A stretch of DNA of 64,000 nt from Pseudomonadota bacterium (GCA_009922615.1 RFVF01000013.1:3975-67974); one strand, 5' to 3'; positions 9,951 through 22,866 are shown, counted from the first letter of the stretch. Notes: generated by a model from the sequence alone, not told the origin. Numbers and translations are program-made.

Positions 9951-11772
9951 TCGATGGTGATGAATTCGCTGCTGTTGAAGAGCACGTGGGCGAGGTCCGT
10001 GAGCGCGCGTTGGCGGGGCGATGCCTTCGCGCCGGCTTCCGACGCGTAGGCCGCCTCGCGCGCCGAGACGAACGCTAACGCCTGCTTCAGCCGTTCCGCC
10101 GACGGCTCGCGGGCCAGCGCGAGCACGTGCATCCGCGCAATCGCCTTCGCGGCCTTGCCGTCGTCCGCTGCTGCGCGCTGCGCGAGGAAGCCGGCCTGGT
10201 CCTCGACGAACTCGTCGTTCATCAGCACCAGCGCCTGTGTGGGGACGACGCTCCGCGTGCGTTCGGCACAACTGTCCGTGGTCGTCGGCGCGTCGAAGAG
10301 CTCCATCATCGGCATGAGCAACTGGCGCTTCACGTAGATGTAAACGCTGCGTCGCCATTGCGCCGGGCCTTCCGATGCGAGCGCAGGCCACTTGTTGCGC
10401 TGGCTGGCGGTGAGCAGGTCGGCGCGGATGCGCGGCTTGATGCCCGGCCCGCCGGCTTGCGCGTTCAGCTTCCCGCTGATCGCGAGGATGCTGTCGCCGC
10501 GAGGAAATCCAGCAGCTCCGGGTGTGTCGGGCGCTCGCCCTTGAAGCCGAAGTTGCTCGGCGTGGCCACAAGGCCGCGACCGAAGTGATGCTGCCAGATG
10601 CGATTCGCCAGCACGCGCCACGTCAGCGGGTTGTCCGGTGCGGCAATCCACTCCGCCAGCACGCGGCGACGCCCGGAGGACTTCGCGTCCGCAGCCGGCG
10701 CGGGGAACTCCAGCGGTTTCGCCGCCAGCACGACCGGCACGGCGGGGCCGACTTCCGGGCCTTTGTTCTGCAAGCTCCCGCGCCGCAACAGATGCGTGGC
10801 GGGCACCTTCGCCTTCGTTTCGATGAGCGCCTGAAGCTGCACGGCCTCCTTCGCCTTCGCCTTGTCGTCGCTTTCCTTCGGCACGCCGCGCTTCTCGGTG
10901 CCGTTGAAGACCGCGAGCAGGCTGTAGTAGTCCGCGCTGCTGATGGGGTCGGTCTTGTGGTCGTGGCACCGCGCGCAGCCGACCGTGAGCCCGAGGAAGA
11001 CCGTCGAGGTGGTGGAGATGACATCGTCCAGCTCGTCGAGGCGATACTGCTCTTTGTTTTTGCCCATGTTGTCGTCGTTGCTCGGGGCGTTGCGGCAGAA
11101 GCCGGTGGCAATGAGCGTTTCCTCGTCCGCGCCGGGCACTTCGTCGCCCGCGAGCTGCTCGGCGATGAACCGCGCGTAGGGCTTGTCCTCGTTGAAGCTG
11201 CGGATGACGTAGTCGCGGTAACGCCACGCGTGCGGGCGGTCGAGGTCGTTGTGGAAGCCGCTGCTGTCCGCGTAGCGCGCGAGGTCCAGCCAGTGTCGCC
11301 CCCAGCGTTCGCCGTAGTGTGGGCTGGCGAGCAACCGATCCACGACGCGCTCCCAAGCCTGCGGCGAAGTGTCGGCCACGAACGCTTCGACCTCCTCCGG
11401 CGTTGGTGGCAGGCCGAGCAAATCAAACGTCGCGCGGCGAATCAGCGTGCGGCGGTCCGCTTCGGGCGAGGGCTTCAGGCCCTTTGCCTCCAGCGCGGCG
11501 AGGATGAAGCGGTCCACGTCATTGCGCGGCCACGCGGCGTCCCGCACCGCCGGAGACTCGATGCGCCGCAGCGGCTGGAAGGCCCAATGCTTCCGCCCCA
11601 CTTCGAGCGATGGGGTAGCACCAAAGCCAACCGTGTTTCCCACAAGGAAGCAGACCAGCGCGATTCTCAGGATGGAACGGAGTGTGTTCAACAGGCTGCG
11701 ACAAGCCTGAAATGGAAGGCACGATCGCGCAAGGCTGCTTCCGTCGCGCCTGGAGCTTTCAAGACCAGTCAT
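9947..11772 (-). pseudogene. DUF1549 (PSCyt2) / DUF1553 (PSD1) protein gene, reading frame disrupted near 10498
   Basis: Frame A (10465-11772) encodes DUF1549 ([30 protein letters not shown]) and the start of DUF1553 ([12 protein letters not shown]...[10 protein letters not shown]), then stops 9 codons later. Frame B (9947-~10498) continues with [12 protein letters not shown]...FDAP...PTQAL...FNSSEFITIE, the usual DUF1553 C-terminus. Confidence 0.7.
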
Positions 11773-12167
11773 TTGACGCCGGGATCCAACAGCAACTCCT
11801 TGACGTCCGCCCCGGAAACTCGATTGCCCTCCACCTTCACGGCCCCGGCAGCGTCACGAATGCGAAATGCCGCTTGGACCGCATCCTGAACGGCGTTGCC
11901 GCTCGCGGTCACGCTGGCTCCATCGCCAAAGAGCGCATGGCGCCAGCCACTCACGGTGTTGCTGGTCATCTCAACCTTCGCGCCGGGCAGCGCCCACACG
12001 CCGAAGTTCGGCAGCCCGCCCTTGCGCACCGCCGTGCCTGCGATGCGGTTGTTCGTAAGACGAACCGTGCCGGCACAGCGCACCGCGGCCACACCGCCAC
12101 CGCGCAGTCGAACGGCTTTAATCTCGTCTCCGAAGTTGGAGCAACGAAGCGGTGCAGTCGTTGCCAC
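11769..12167 (-). CDS. Hypothetical protein with parallel beta-helix-like repeats (possible gene remnant)
   Basis: GTG start and no signal peptide. Repeated N-x-(I/V)-x-G-like turns ([33 protein letters not shown]). GC3 is fairly high. Its stop overlaps the DUF1549 ATG (ATGA). An in-frame stop 6 codons upstream of the GTG limits its length. Confidence 0.4.
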   Translation of the reverse strand: MATTAPLRCSNFGDEIKAVRLRGGGVAAVRCAGTVRLTNNRIAGTAVRKGGLPNFGVWALPGAKVEMTSNTVSGWRHALFGDGASVTASGNAVQDAVQAAFRIRDAAGAVKVEGNRVSGADVKELLLDPGVK

Positions 12168-12196
12168 TTCGGCGTTCGCGTTTAGTTAATGGCAGG

Positions 12197-13030
12197 CTAG
12201 AAGGCGGCCGCGACGAACTCCCGCGTGATGCGGCCGTCGCGGGCTTCGCAGGCGAACCAGCCTTTTTCCTTCGAGAAGTCGTGGTTTGCGCGCCAGGCAG
12301 AGCAGCAACAATTCGTCGTGAGCACGGCGTCCGCGAAGCGACGCTCGGTGAAGCCGTGGAAGTGGCCGCTGAAGACGGCTTGCAGGTTGATGGGCTTGAA
12401 GCGTTCGAGCAGTGCGTCGGCATTGGCGGGGCGAGCCGGCGTGATGGGGCCGAGCGGGAAGTGCGTGAGAATCACCGTGGGCCGCTTGGGATCGAGCTTG
12501 GGGATTTGCTCGTCCACCCAGCGCAGCGTGTGGGGCTGAATACTGGTGTTACTGCCGAGTCGGCCCTGGGTGCTGTCGAGCGCGAGGAACTGCCAGCCGT
12601 GCTGCTCGAAGCGGTAGTTGAGGCGGGCGGGAAAGATTTCGTCGTAAGCGCGGCGGTCGTCCTTTGCGAGGAAGTCGTGGTTGCCGATGACGCCGAAGAC
12701 CGGGATGCCCAGCGTCTTGAAGGCGTCGCGCGCGGCGGCGAGCTCTTCGCGCGTGCCGTTCTCGGAGTAATCGCCGGCCATCAGGCAGAAGGCCGGCGGG
12801 TTGGGTGCAGCCTTGATTTGGCGGAAAGCTTTTTCGAGCCACATGCCGCACTTTTCGTTGCGGTAGTGAACGTCGTTGATGACGACGAAACGAAATGCGC
12901 CGGCGCCCGTGACGTCAGCTGCGCGCAACGCGCCGGGCCACAAGCCCAGCGCGAGCAAGCTGCCGGCGGACAGCCCGAGCGCGCGGCGGCGGGGCAGGGC
13001 GTGGGAGCGCAGGCGGGGCGATTGATTCAT
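12197..13030 (-). CDS. Tat-signal metallophosphoesterase
   Basis: MNQSPRLRSHALPRRRALGLSAGSLLALG (twin-arginine signal). Motifs INDVHY, AGDYSENG, IGNHD and SGHFHG. ATGA overlap with the ruvC stop. Confidence 0.85.
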   Translation of the reverse strand: MNQSPRLRSHALPRRRALGLSAGSLLALGLWPGALRAADVTGAGAFRFVVINDVHYRNEKCGMWLEKAFRQIKAAPNPPAFCLMAGDYSENGTREELAAARDAFKTLGIPVFGVIGNHDFLAKDDRRAYDEIFPARLNYRFEQHGWQFLALDSTQGRLGSNTSIQPHTLRWVDEQIPKLDPKRPTVILTHFPLGPITPARPANADALLERFKPINLQAVFSGHFHGFTERRFADAVLTTNCCCSAWRANHDFSKEKGWFACEARDGRITREFVAAAF

Positions 13031-13635
13031 ACGCGTTTCGGACCTTCGACGGAGTAACGGCCCGCCGTTTGCGCGTGCGTCAAGGCCAGCGCGAGCGCGT
13101 CGGCGGCGTCGGGCTTGGGCAGCTCGGCGAGCTGCAACATGCGTTGGACCATCTTGGCCACGGCGAGCTTTTGCGCCGCGCCGTAGCCGACGATGGCCTG
13201 CTTCACCTTGCGCGGCGCGACCTCGAAAATCTCCAAACCCGCCTCGGCCATCGCGACGAGCGCCGCACCGCGCGCCTCGCCCATGATGATGGCGGTCTGC
13301 AAGTTTTGCGCGAAGAACAAGCCCTCCACGATGCACACCGTCGGCTGATGCGCGCGTATCACCTCGCGCAATGTCGCGTGTATTTTCGCAAGGCAGCGCG
13401 AGCGTTCCCAGTCGGTGGGACATGCGATCGTGCCGTGCGCCAGTGTGGCAGGTTGCGGTTTGGCGGCGCGAATCACGCCGTAGCCCGTCCCACGCAACGA
13501 GGGGTCCACGCCCAGGATGATTTCGTGGGAACGCGGGGCGGTGGGCGCAACTTCCGGCGTGGAGGGTGACGAGCGCCGGGCTGCTCCCCGCACGCGGCTC
13601 TGGAGTTGCTCGAATTGTTTCGGCGAAATGCCCAC
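13027..13635 (-). CDS. ruvC: Crossover junction endodeoxyribonuclease RuvC
   Basis: ILGVDPSLRGTGYGVI...VCIVEGLFFAQNLQTAIIMGEARG...QKLAVAKMVQ...DAADALALALTH. The only in-frame start is GTG 13635, which gives an unusual N-terminal extension of about 37 aa. Confidence 0.88.
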   Translation of the reverse strand: MGISPKQFEQLQSRVRGAARRSSPSTPEVAPTAPRSHEIILGVDPSLRGTGYGVIRAAKPQPATLAHGTIACPTDWERSRCLAKIHATLREVIRAHQPTVCIVEGLFFAQNLQTAIIMGEARGAALVAMAEAGLEIFEVAPRKVKQAIVGYGAAQKLAVAKMVQRMLQLAELPKPDAADALALALTHAQTAGRYSVEGPKRV

Positions 13636-13749
13636 ACGGGCACCATGGCAGAAGTCGCCGCGGCTGCGAAGCCCGGAGTTGCCGGCGGTTGAATGCGCGT
13701 TGTCCCCAGCCAGTCCTTTACCCCCGTTGCTGACAACTTAATTGCATCC

Positions 13750-14844
13750 ATGAAATTCCCCCGTTTGGTTCGTAGCGTCGCCTTCGCCTTGGTCGTGGTC
13801 GGCATCACCGCCAGCTCGGCAGCGGCACCGAAGAAACTTCTCGTCATCACCCAGTCCAAGGGTTTTCAGCACAGCCCCGTCAAGCGCCCCGCGCCCGACC
13901 AGCCCTGCCTCGTCGAGCAGCAGGTGAAGGAGCTCGGGGAAAAGAGCAGCATCTTCACCGCTGACTTTTCTCAGGACGCCATCGCGGTGCTGACCAGGGA
14001 AAATCTCGCCAAGTATGACGCGGTTTTCTTCTACACCACCGGTTCGCTGCTGCCGGCGGGTGAACCGCGCGAGGCGTTGCTGGACTTCGTGAAGTCGGGC
14101 AAGGGCTTCATCGGCACGCACAGCGCCACGGACACGTTTAAGGACTTCAAGGGCTACACCAGCCTCATCAACGGCAGCTTCGCCGGGCATCCATGGGGCG
14201 GTGGCGGGACTTACACTTACGTCAACCACGAGCCGAACCACCCGATCGTCGCGATGATGGGCAGCGAGTTCCAGTGGAAGGACGAGACCTATCAATATAG
14301 CGACTACGACATGAAGGCCGTGCGCGTGCTCTACAGCCTCGACATGGTGAAGTCGAATCCCAAGCGCCCTTACCTCGTGCCCGTCTGCTGGGTGCGGGAA
14401 TACGGCAGTGGCCGCCTCTTTTACACGAACCTCGGCCACAACGACGCGACTTGGAAGGATGCGAAGTTTCACGAGCATCTACTCGCTGGCATCAAGTGGG
14501 CCACGAAGTTGATCGACGGTCCGGCCACACCGAATCCCGAGGTTCAGCAGGCGGAATTCAACCGCTCAGTCGTCGCCTTCGCTGCCTCGGTTGCGGGCAA
14601 GGAAGCGACTCCCTATCTCGCCAAGGCCAAGTCCGACGCCGCCTGGCTCACTAACGTTTCCGCCGCTGCCACGACCGCCAGCAAGGCTCAGGACGCCGTC
14701 GGTGGCGTGCGCGATCCCGATCCGAAGAAGACCAAGCCTGAGGAACTCGAAGCCCTGAGGGCCGCTGCCAAGACCAAGCGCGCGGAGCTCCAGGCCAAGT
14801 TCGACGAGGAGAAGAAGAAGCTCATCGCCGCACTGGAAAAGTAA
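13750..14844 (+). CDS. ThuA-domain protein (trehalose-utilisation-like), secreted, with Lys/Glu-rich helical C-terminal tail
   Basis: Signal peptide MKFPRLVRSVAFALVVVGITASSAAAPKK. ThuA blocks LLVITQSKGFQH, FIGTHSATDTF, FAGHPW and YTNLGHNDATW. Confidence 0.85.
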   Translation: MKFPRLVRSVAFALVVVGITASSAAAPKKLLVITQSKGFQHSPVKRPAPDQPCLVEQQVKELGEKSSIFTADFSQDAIAVLTRENLAKYDAVFFYTTGSLLPAGEPREALLDFVKSGKGFIGTHSATDTFKDFKGYTSLINGSFAGHPWGGGGTYTYVNHEPNHPIVAMMGSEFQWKDETYQYSDYDMKAVRVLYSLDMVKSNPKRPYLVPVCWVREYGSGRLFYTNLGHNDATWKDAKFHEHLLAGIKWATKLIDGPATPNPEVQQAEFNRSVVAFAASVAGKEATPYLAKAKSDAAWLTNVSAAATTASKAQDAVGGVRDPDPKKTKPEELEALRAAAKTKRAELQAKFDEEKKKLIAALEK

Positions 14845-14853
14845 CTCTTTAGG

Positions 14854-14877
14854 GGCGGTCTGCGACCGCCGTTTGTT
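14854..14877 (+). terminator. Rho-independent terminator candidate after the ThuA gene
   Basis: GGCGGTC-TGC-GACCGCC followed by GTTTGTT, 10 nt after the stop at 14844. Confidence 0.5.
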
Positions 14878-14892
14878 CCACCAACCCAAACC

Positions 14893-14911
14893 CGGCGGTC
14901 ACAGACCGCCG
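14893..14911 (+). repeat. Second copy of the GGCGGTC/GACCGCC hairpin
   Basis: CGGCGGTC-ACA-GACCGCCG has the same 7-bp stem as the hairpin at 14854-14870, 40 nt downstream of it. No T-run follows. Confidence 0.5.
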
Positions 14912-14941
14912 CTACAGCAAGAACTGCCAACAGAATAGAAC

Positions 14942-15553
14942 ATGAAACTTCTCCCGCTCATCACCGCCCTCGCGCTCACCCTCACCACCTTCGCCGCCGA
15001 CAGCGAAGACGGCTTCAAGCCCATCTTCAACGGCAAGGACACCACGGGCTGGAAGCTGCGCCGCCCGGACGGCCACAACAGTTGGACCATCGAAAACGGC
15101 GTCTTGAAGAACACCGTCAACAAAGGCGAGCACGGCACCGACCTCGTCACCGAGCAGAAGTATTGGAACTTCACCGTGCGCTACGAGTTCATGGTGCCTG
15201 ACGGGTCGAACAGCGGCTTCTACCTGCGCGGCCGGCACGAGATCCAGATCCTCGGCGACTTCAAGAGCGGCAAGCCCAGCAAGACCGGCAATGGCGCGAT
15301 CTACAACCAGACCGCGCCGAGCGAGTTCGCCAGTAAGCCCGGCGGCGAGTGGCAGACCTGCGAGGCCACCATCATTGGCAACAAGATCACCGTCATCCTC
15401 AACGGCAAGAAGATCCACGACGCCGTCGAGTGCAACGTCGCCACCGGCAGCGAGATTGACAAGAACGTGACCGAGCCCGGCCCGCTCTTCCTCCAAGGCG
15501 ACCACGGCACCGTCTGGTTCCGCAACATGCGGATCAAGGAACTGGCGAAGTAG
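14942..15553 (+). CDS. DUF1080 domain protein (3-keto-disaccharide hydrolase-like, concanavalin-like fold), secreted
   Basis: Signal peptide, then GFKPIFNGKDTTGWK...WTIENGVLKN...NSGFYLRGRHEIQILGD...GAIYNQ...LFLQGDHGTVWFRNMRIKEL, the typical DUF1080 pattern. Confidence 0.88.
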   Translation: MKLLPLITALALTLTTFAADSEDGFKPIFNGKDTTGWKLRRPDGHNSWTIENGVLKNTVNKGEHGTDLVTEQKYWNFTVRYEFMVPDGSNSGFYLRGRHEIQILGDFKSGKPSKTGNGAIYNQTAPSEFASKPGGEWQTCEATIIGNKITVILNGKKIHDAVECNVATGSEIDKNVTEPGPLFLQGDHGTVWFRNMRIKELAK

Positions 15554-15621
15554 AAGCGGGCAGCATTCGGCGCCGCTGGAACGATTCTTGACGCTCCAGA
15601 GTTCATGGTCAAAGTCACACC

Positions 15622-16731
15622 ATGAACCTCCGATCAGTTGCCAAGAGTTTTGGCCGATTATTGGGACTCGTCCTCCTTTTGCTCGGCGTCATCGGCGTGG
15701 TGTTCATCTATCCGGCGTGGCGCAAGACTGCGCAGAATCGAGATGCCGCCAATGCGCAATCGCAACTCAAGCTTCAAGAAAACCGTCGCAAAGCTGAACA
15801 GGGCGACGCCGAGTCTCAGTTCCGAGTGGGGGTCGCTTACTTTTATGGGCAAGGGGTGCAGGCAGATGATGTGGAGGCACTGAGATGGTTGCGCAAGGCA
15901 GCTTCGCAGAAGAATGAGCACGCTTTGGACCTGCTCAAACTTCGAACCGCTTTTCAGGAATACAAGGCCAAGGCCGAGCAGGGCGACGCTGAAGCTCAAT
16001 ACAAAGTGGGGGACTGCTACTTTCATGGCAAAGGAGTGAAGCTGGATGAAGCGGATGCAATGAAGTGGTATCGCCAAGCCGCCGAGCAAAACCACTCGAA
16101 AGCTCAATGGGCACTGGGTAACTACTACCATCAGAAGAGCATGATGCGCAGTTTTTTGCTCAAGAGTTACGCCAATGCCTTCGGTTCATGGGAAGCTGAC
16201 AGGGAAGCCGTGAAGTGGCTGCGCAAAGCTGCTGAACAAAACGAGTTCGCCGCCTTCTACCCGTTGGGCCTTCATTACTCACGCGGACTGGGCGTGGAGA
16301 AGGATAGCAAAGTGGCATGGAAGTGGTTTCGCAGACACTTCGAGGACATGGCTGCGGCCACCAAAGCCAAAGCCGAGCAGGGGGACGCCGCCGCGCAAAA
16401 TCAGATGGGGGTGAATCACATGTTGGGTCAGGGTGTGAAGAAAGATGAAGCCGAGGCAGTGAAGTGGTTTCTGCTCGCGGCAGCGCAAGGGCATGCCGGT
16501 GCGCAGAGCCATCTCGTTGGGTGTTACCAACTTGGTGACGGGGTAAAACCAGACAAGCCCGAGGCATACGCGTGGGCAAGCGTCTCCACGAACACAACGG
16601 CAGCCAAAAGCAAAGAGGCGTTGAGCCGAACAATGTCCGCAGACCAAATCGAGGCAGGTAAAAGATGCGCAGAGGAGCTACGGGCGCAAATTGCAGAGAG
16701 GCTCAAAGCCAAGAGCGACAGCAAACCGTAG
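15622..16731 (+). CDS. Sel1-like (SLR/TPR) repeat protein with N-terminal membrane anchor
   Basis: N-terminal TM helix LLGLVLLLLGVIGVVFIY. At least 5 Sel1 repeats are visible, for example AEQGDAESQFRVGVAYFYGQGVQADDVEALRWLRKAA. GC content is about 52-58%, lower than the surrounding genes. Confidence 0.85.
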   Translation: MNLRSVAKSFGRLLGLVLLLLGVIGVVFIYPAWRKTAQNRDAANAQSQLKLQENRRKAEQGDAESQFRVGVAYFYGQGVQADDVEALRWLRKAASQKNEHALDLLKLRTAFQEYKAKAEQGDAEAQYKVGDCYFHGKGVKLDEADAMKWYRQAAEQNHSKAQWALGNYYHQKSMMRSFLLKSYANAFGSWEADREAVKWLRKAAEQNEFAAFYPLGLHYSRGLGVEKDSKVAWKWFRRHFEDMAAATKAKAEQGDAAAQNQMGVNHMLGQGVKKDEAEAVKWFLLAAAQGHAGAQSHLVGCYQLGDGVKPDKPEAYAWASVSTNTTAAKSKEALSRTMSADQIEAGKRCAEELRAQIAERLKAKSDSKP

Positions 16732-16984
16732 GGTGTTTTTGCCCGCAGTGGCTGAGCTCCTCCCCCGCCCAGCGGAAAAGGTGAAGGAAAGCAGCCACCT
16801 TCACCGCAGTAGTAGTGGGGAACTTGTAAGAAACTAGGCTGCGTAAGGAAGCCACGATATCACGCTTGGTCTGGGCTTTCGTCCATTCCATTACGCCACT
16901 CGGTATTTTAATCAGTTACTACACGTTCAACGGTCCGCAGATTTCCTTGTGCCTTCCTTGTCCTTTCGTGGCTAAATCCTCCCC

Positions 16985-18115
16985 ATGCTGACATCCGCCA
17001 CCCGCCACCGCGATTTCCCCGCGCTGGACTCGATGACTTACTTAAATACTGCCGCCGAGAGCATCCCGCCGCTTTGCGTCGGCGAAGCGCTGCAAGCCTA
17101 CTGGCGCGACAAGCTGCGTGGCATGAAGGGACGGGATTTCCACTTCAAGCAGGTCGAGGACTGCCGCGAAGTCGCCGCGCGCATGATCGCCTTGAAGCCA
17201 GCGGAAGTTTCCTTCTGCTCGTGCAGCTCCGAGGCCTACAACCTCCTCGCCACCGCGCTCAATCTCCAGCCGACGGACGAGGTCGTCGTCACCGACCTCG
17301 ACTTCCCGGCGGGCGCGACGCCGTGGCTCACGGCTACCACGCGCCCACAGACACGCGTGTGGCAGGCCGTGCAAGGCGAGTTGCGCGTGGAGGACCTCGT
17401 TCCGTTGCTCAACACAAGCACGCAGCTCGTGCAGGTCTCGCTGGTCAGCTTCTACAACGGCCACCGGCTCACTTGGGCACCGTTCCGCGATGCCGTCCGT
17501 CGGCTCGCGCCCAACGCGCTTATCTCCGTGGACGTGACGCAGGCACTCGGTCGTGTGGTGCTCGATTGCAACGATGCCGATTGTGTCATCAGCAGCACGC
17601 ACAAGTGGACGCTTGGCGTTCACGGTGGCTGCATCGTGGGCATTCCTGAGCGTGCGGCGGCGCGGCTTACGACGCACGCGGGCGGGTGGTTTCACCTGCG
17701 GAACGCGTTCGACGCCGACCGCTTTCAGCGCGCAGACACGAAAGCCGGCGCGGCGAGCTTCTCCGTCGGGATGCCGAACTTCGCGGCGATCTACGCGCTG
17801 AACGCCGCGCTGCGTTACGTGGAAGGCGTCGGGGTCGCGGCCATCGCGCAACACGCGGACCCGCTGGTGGCGCGGGTCCACGCGGGCTTGGTTGAACTTG
17901 GGCTGAAGCCGATGGCTCCCGCCCAACCAACGAACCCGACCGGCATCCTTGCCTTCCTGCATCCGAACACGGCGGCCATCCACGCCGCGCTGGATCGCGA
18001 GAACATCCACGTCATGCACCACGCCGGGCGCATCCGCATCGCCGTGGCCGGCTACAATATAGCGGAGGATATCCATCGGCTGCTCGCGGCTTTGCGCGGC
18101 GCACTGGCGGGGTGA
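16985..18115 (+). CDS. Class V aminotransferase-fold PLP enzyme (cysteine desulfurase / selenocysteine lyase-like)
   Basis: FPALDSMTYLNTAAESIPP and the PLP-lysine region VISSTHKWTLGVHGG. The length of 376 aa fits the family. Confidence 0.75.
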   Translation: MLTSATRHRDFPALDSMTYLNTAAESIPPLCVGEALQAYWRDKLRGMKGRDFHFKQVEDCREVAARMIALKPAEVSFCSCSSEAYNLLATALNLQPTDEVVVTDLDFPAGATPWLTATTRPQTRVWQAVQGELRVEDLVPLLNTSTQLVQVSLVSFYNGHRLTWAPFRDAVRRLAPNALISVDVTQALGRVVLDCNDADCVISSTHKWTLGVHGGCIVGIPERAAARLTTHAGGWFHLRNAFDADRFQRADTKAGAASFSVGMPNFAAIYALNAALRYVEGVGVAAIAQHADPLVARVHAGLVELGLKPMAPAQPTNPTGILAFLHPNTAAIHAALDRENIHVMHHAGRIRIAVAGYNIAEDIHRLLAALRGALAG

Positions 18116-18163
18116 CTGATTTCGAGACGCGACAGTCAATCGGCCTTTTGATAATTCTCCCGC

Positions 18164-19009
18164 ATGGACATCACGCGCGCCATCATCACTGCCGCCGGCA
18201 AGAGCCAGCGCACGCTCCCACTCCAAACCCTCGTGGACCGCGACGGCCAGACCAAGACCGCCTTGGCCATCATCATCGAGGAAGTCCTTGCGGCTGGCAT
18301 CGAGGAGCTGTGCGTCGTGGTGTGTCCCGGCGACGAAAAGGCTTACCGCGCGGCGGCGGGCGAGCACGCGAAACGTTTGGAATTCGTCGAGCAGAAGCAG
18401 CCGCTCGGCTACGGACACGCGGTGTCCTGCGCTGCCAAGTTCGCGGGCAAGAAACCGTTCCTTCTCCTCGTCGGGGATCACCTCTACGTCAGCGGCGAGG
18501 CTCGTCGCTGCGCGCAGCAGCTTGTCGAGTTCGCGGCGAAGGAAAACTGCGCCGTGTCCGCCGTGCAGGCCACGCACGAGAGCAAGTTGCCTTACTACGG
18601 CGCGATTGGCGGACGCCTCGTCGCCGCGCGCAAGGGGCTCTACGAAATCACCGAGGTCGCCGAGAAGCCCACGCCCACCGTCGCCGAGCAGCGGCTCATC
18701 GTCCCCGGCTTGCGCGCGGGCCACTACCTCTGTTTCTTCGGGATGCACGTCCTCACGCCGACGGTCATGGCGCTGCTCGCCGAGGAAGTCGCCGCTGCCG
18801 GCACGCGCGGGGGCGTCCACCTTTCGGCCACGCTGGCCAAGCTCGCGCGCAAGGAACGTTACCTCGCCGCCGAGTTAACCGGCCGCCGCTACGACATCGG
18901 CGCGCACTACGGCCTGCTCACCGCCCAACTCGCCCTCGCCCTCAGCGGCAAGGACCGCGATGAAGTGCTGACCGGACTCGTGGAGCTGCTCGCGCAGCGG
19001 GCGAAGTAG
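18164..19009 (+). CDS. Sugar-1-phosphate nucleotidylyltransferase (GalU / UTP-glucose-1-phosphate uridylyltransferase-like)
   Basis: N-terminal [16 protein letters not shown] (G-x-G-T/S-R-x-x-P-like loop), [20 protein letters not shown]. Size and pattern match GalU-type NTP transferases. Confidence 0.75.
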   Translation: MDITRAIITAAGKSQRTLPLQTLVDRDGQTKTALAIIIEEVLAAGIEELCVVVCPGDEKAYRAAAGEHAKRLEFVEQKQPLGYGHAVSCAAKFAGKKPFLLLVGDHLYVSGEARRCAQQLVEFAAKENCAVSAVQATHESKLPYYGAIGGRLVAARKGLYEITEVAEKPTPTVAEQRLIVPGLRAGHYLCFFGMHVLTPTVMALLAEEVAAAGTRGGVHLSATLAKLARKERYLAAELTGRRYDIGAHYGLLTAQLALALSGKDRDEVLTGLVELLAQRAK

Positions 19010-19014
19010 CGCCT

Positions 19015-22368
<3,354 letters not shown>

Positions 22369-22416
22369 TGACGGGCCTTGCACCGGGCGGAGTGCGCGCC
22401 TAAGTTCGCTCCGGCT

Positions 22417-22805
22417 TCGGAAGGGCGGAGGATCGCTCGCGACTTGTTCGCGGGAGGAAAGTCCGAACACCACAGAGCGCGATGCCGCGTAACTCCGGTT
22501 TGGCCGGAGATACACGCGGGCGGTTCGCCGAGAGGCGGACCGACGGACAGTGCCACAGAAAATCAGACCGCCACGCCGGGCAACCGGCGGGCAAGGGTGA
22601 AAAGGTGCGGTAAGAGCGCACCGCCCCAAGCGCAAGCGCGGGGGCACGGCAAACCCCATCGGGTGCAAGGTCCAATAGGGAACCAACGGCGCGGCTCGTG
22701 CCAGTTTCCGCGAGAGCGGGATGGGTTCCGGGTATTGACCGCTAAGACAAATGATTCTCTCCGCTCGCAAGGGCGATGACAGAATTCGGCTTACAGCCCT
22801 TCCGA
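22417..22805 (+). ncRNA. rnpB: RNase P RNA, bacterial type A
   Basis: Conserved blocks GGAGGAAAGTCCGAACACC, GTGCCACAGAAAA, GGGTGAAAAGGTGCGGTAAGAGCGCACC, GGCAAACCCCATCGGGTGCAAG and ACAGAATTCGGCTTACAG. P1 pairing is TCGGAAGGGC (22417-22426) with GCCCTTCCGA (22796-22805). Length is about 389 nt. The ends are approximate, within a few nt. Confidence 0.93.
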
Positions 22806-22866
22806 CGCCGCTCCACTGTTGGATAATCCTTTACTCGACTCGCGCCGTTTTCCAAATTCGCTTCGC

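Noticed and set aside
10499-11356. The N-terminal ~290 codons of ORF 9947-11356 could be a separate protein.
   Set aside because: This part overlaps the DUF1549/DUF1553 reading frame out of phase and is Arg/Pro-rich nonsense. Only the portion downstream of about 10498 matches the DUF1553 C-terminus.
16770-16812. GAAGGAAAGCAGCCA resembles the conserved GGAAGCAGCC of SRP (4.5S) RNA helix 8.
   Set aside because: Here the motif forms the loop of a simple GGTGAAGG/CCTTCACC hairpin. The GNRA tetraloop, the symmetric and asymmetric loops and the long 5'/3' closing helix of SRP RNA are absent.
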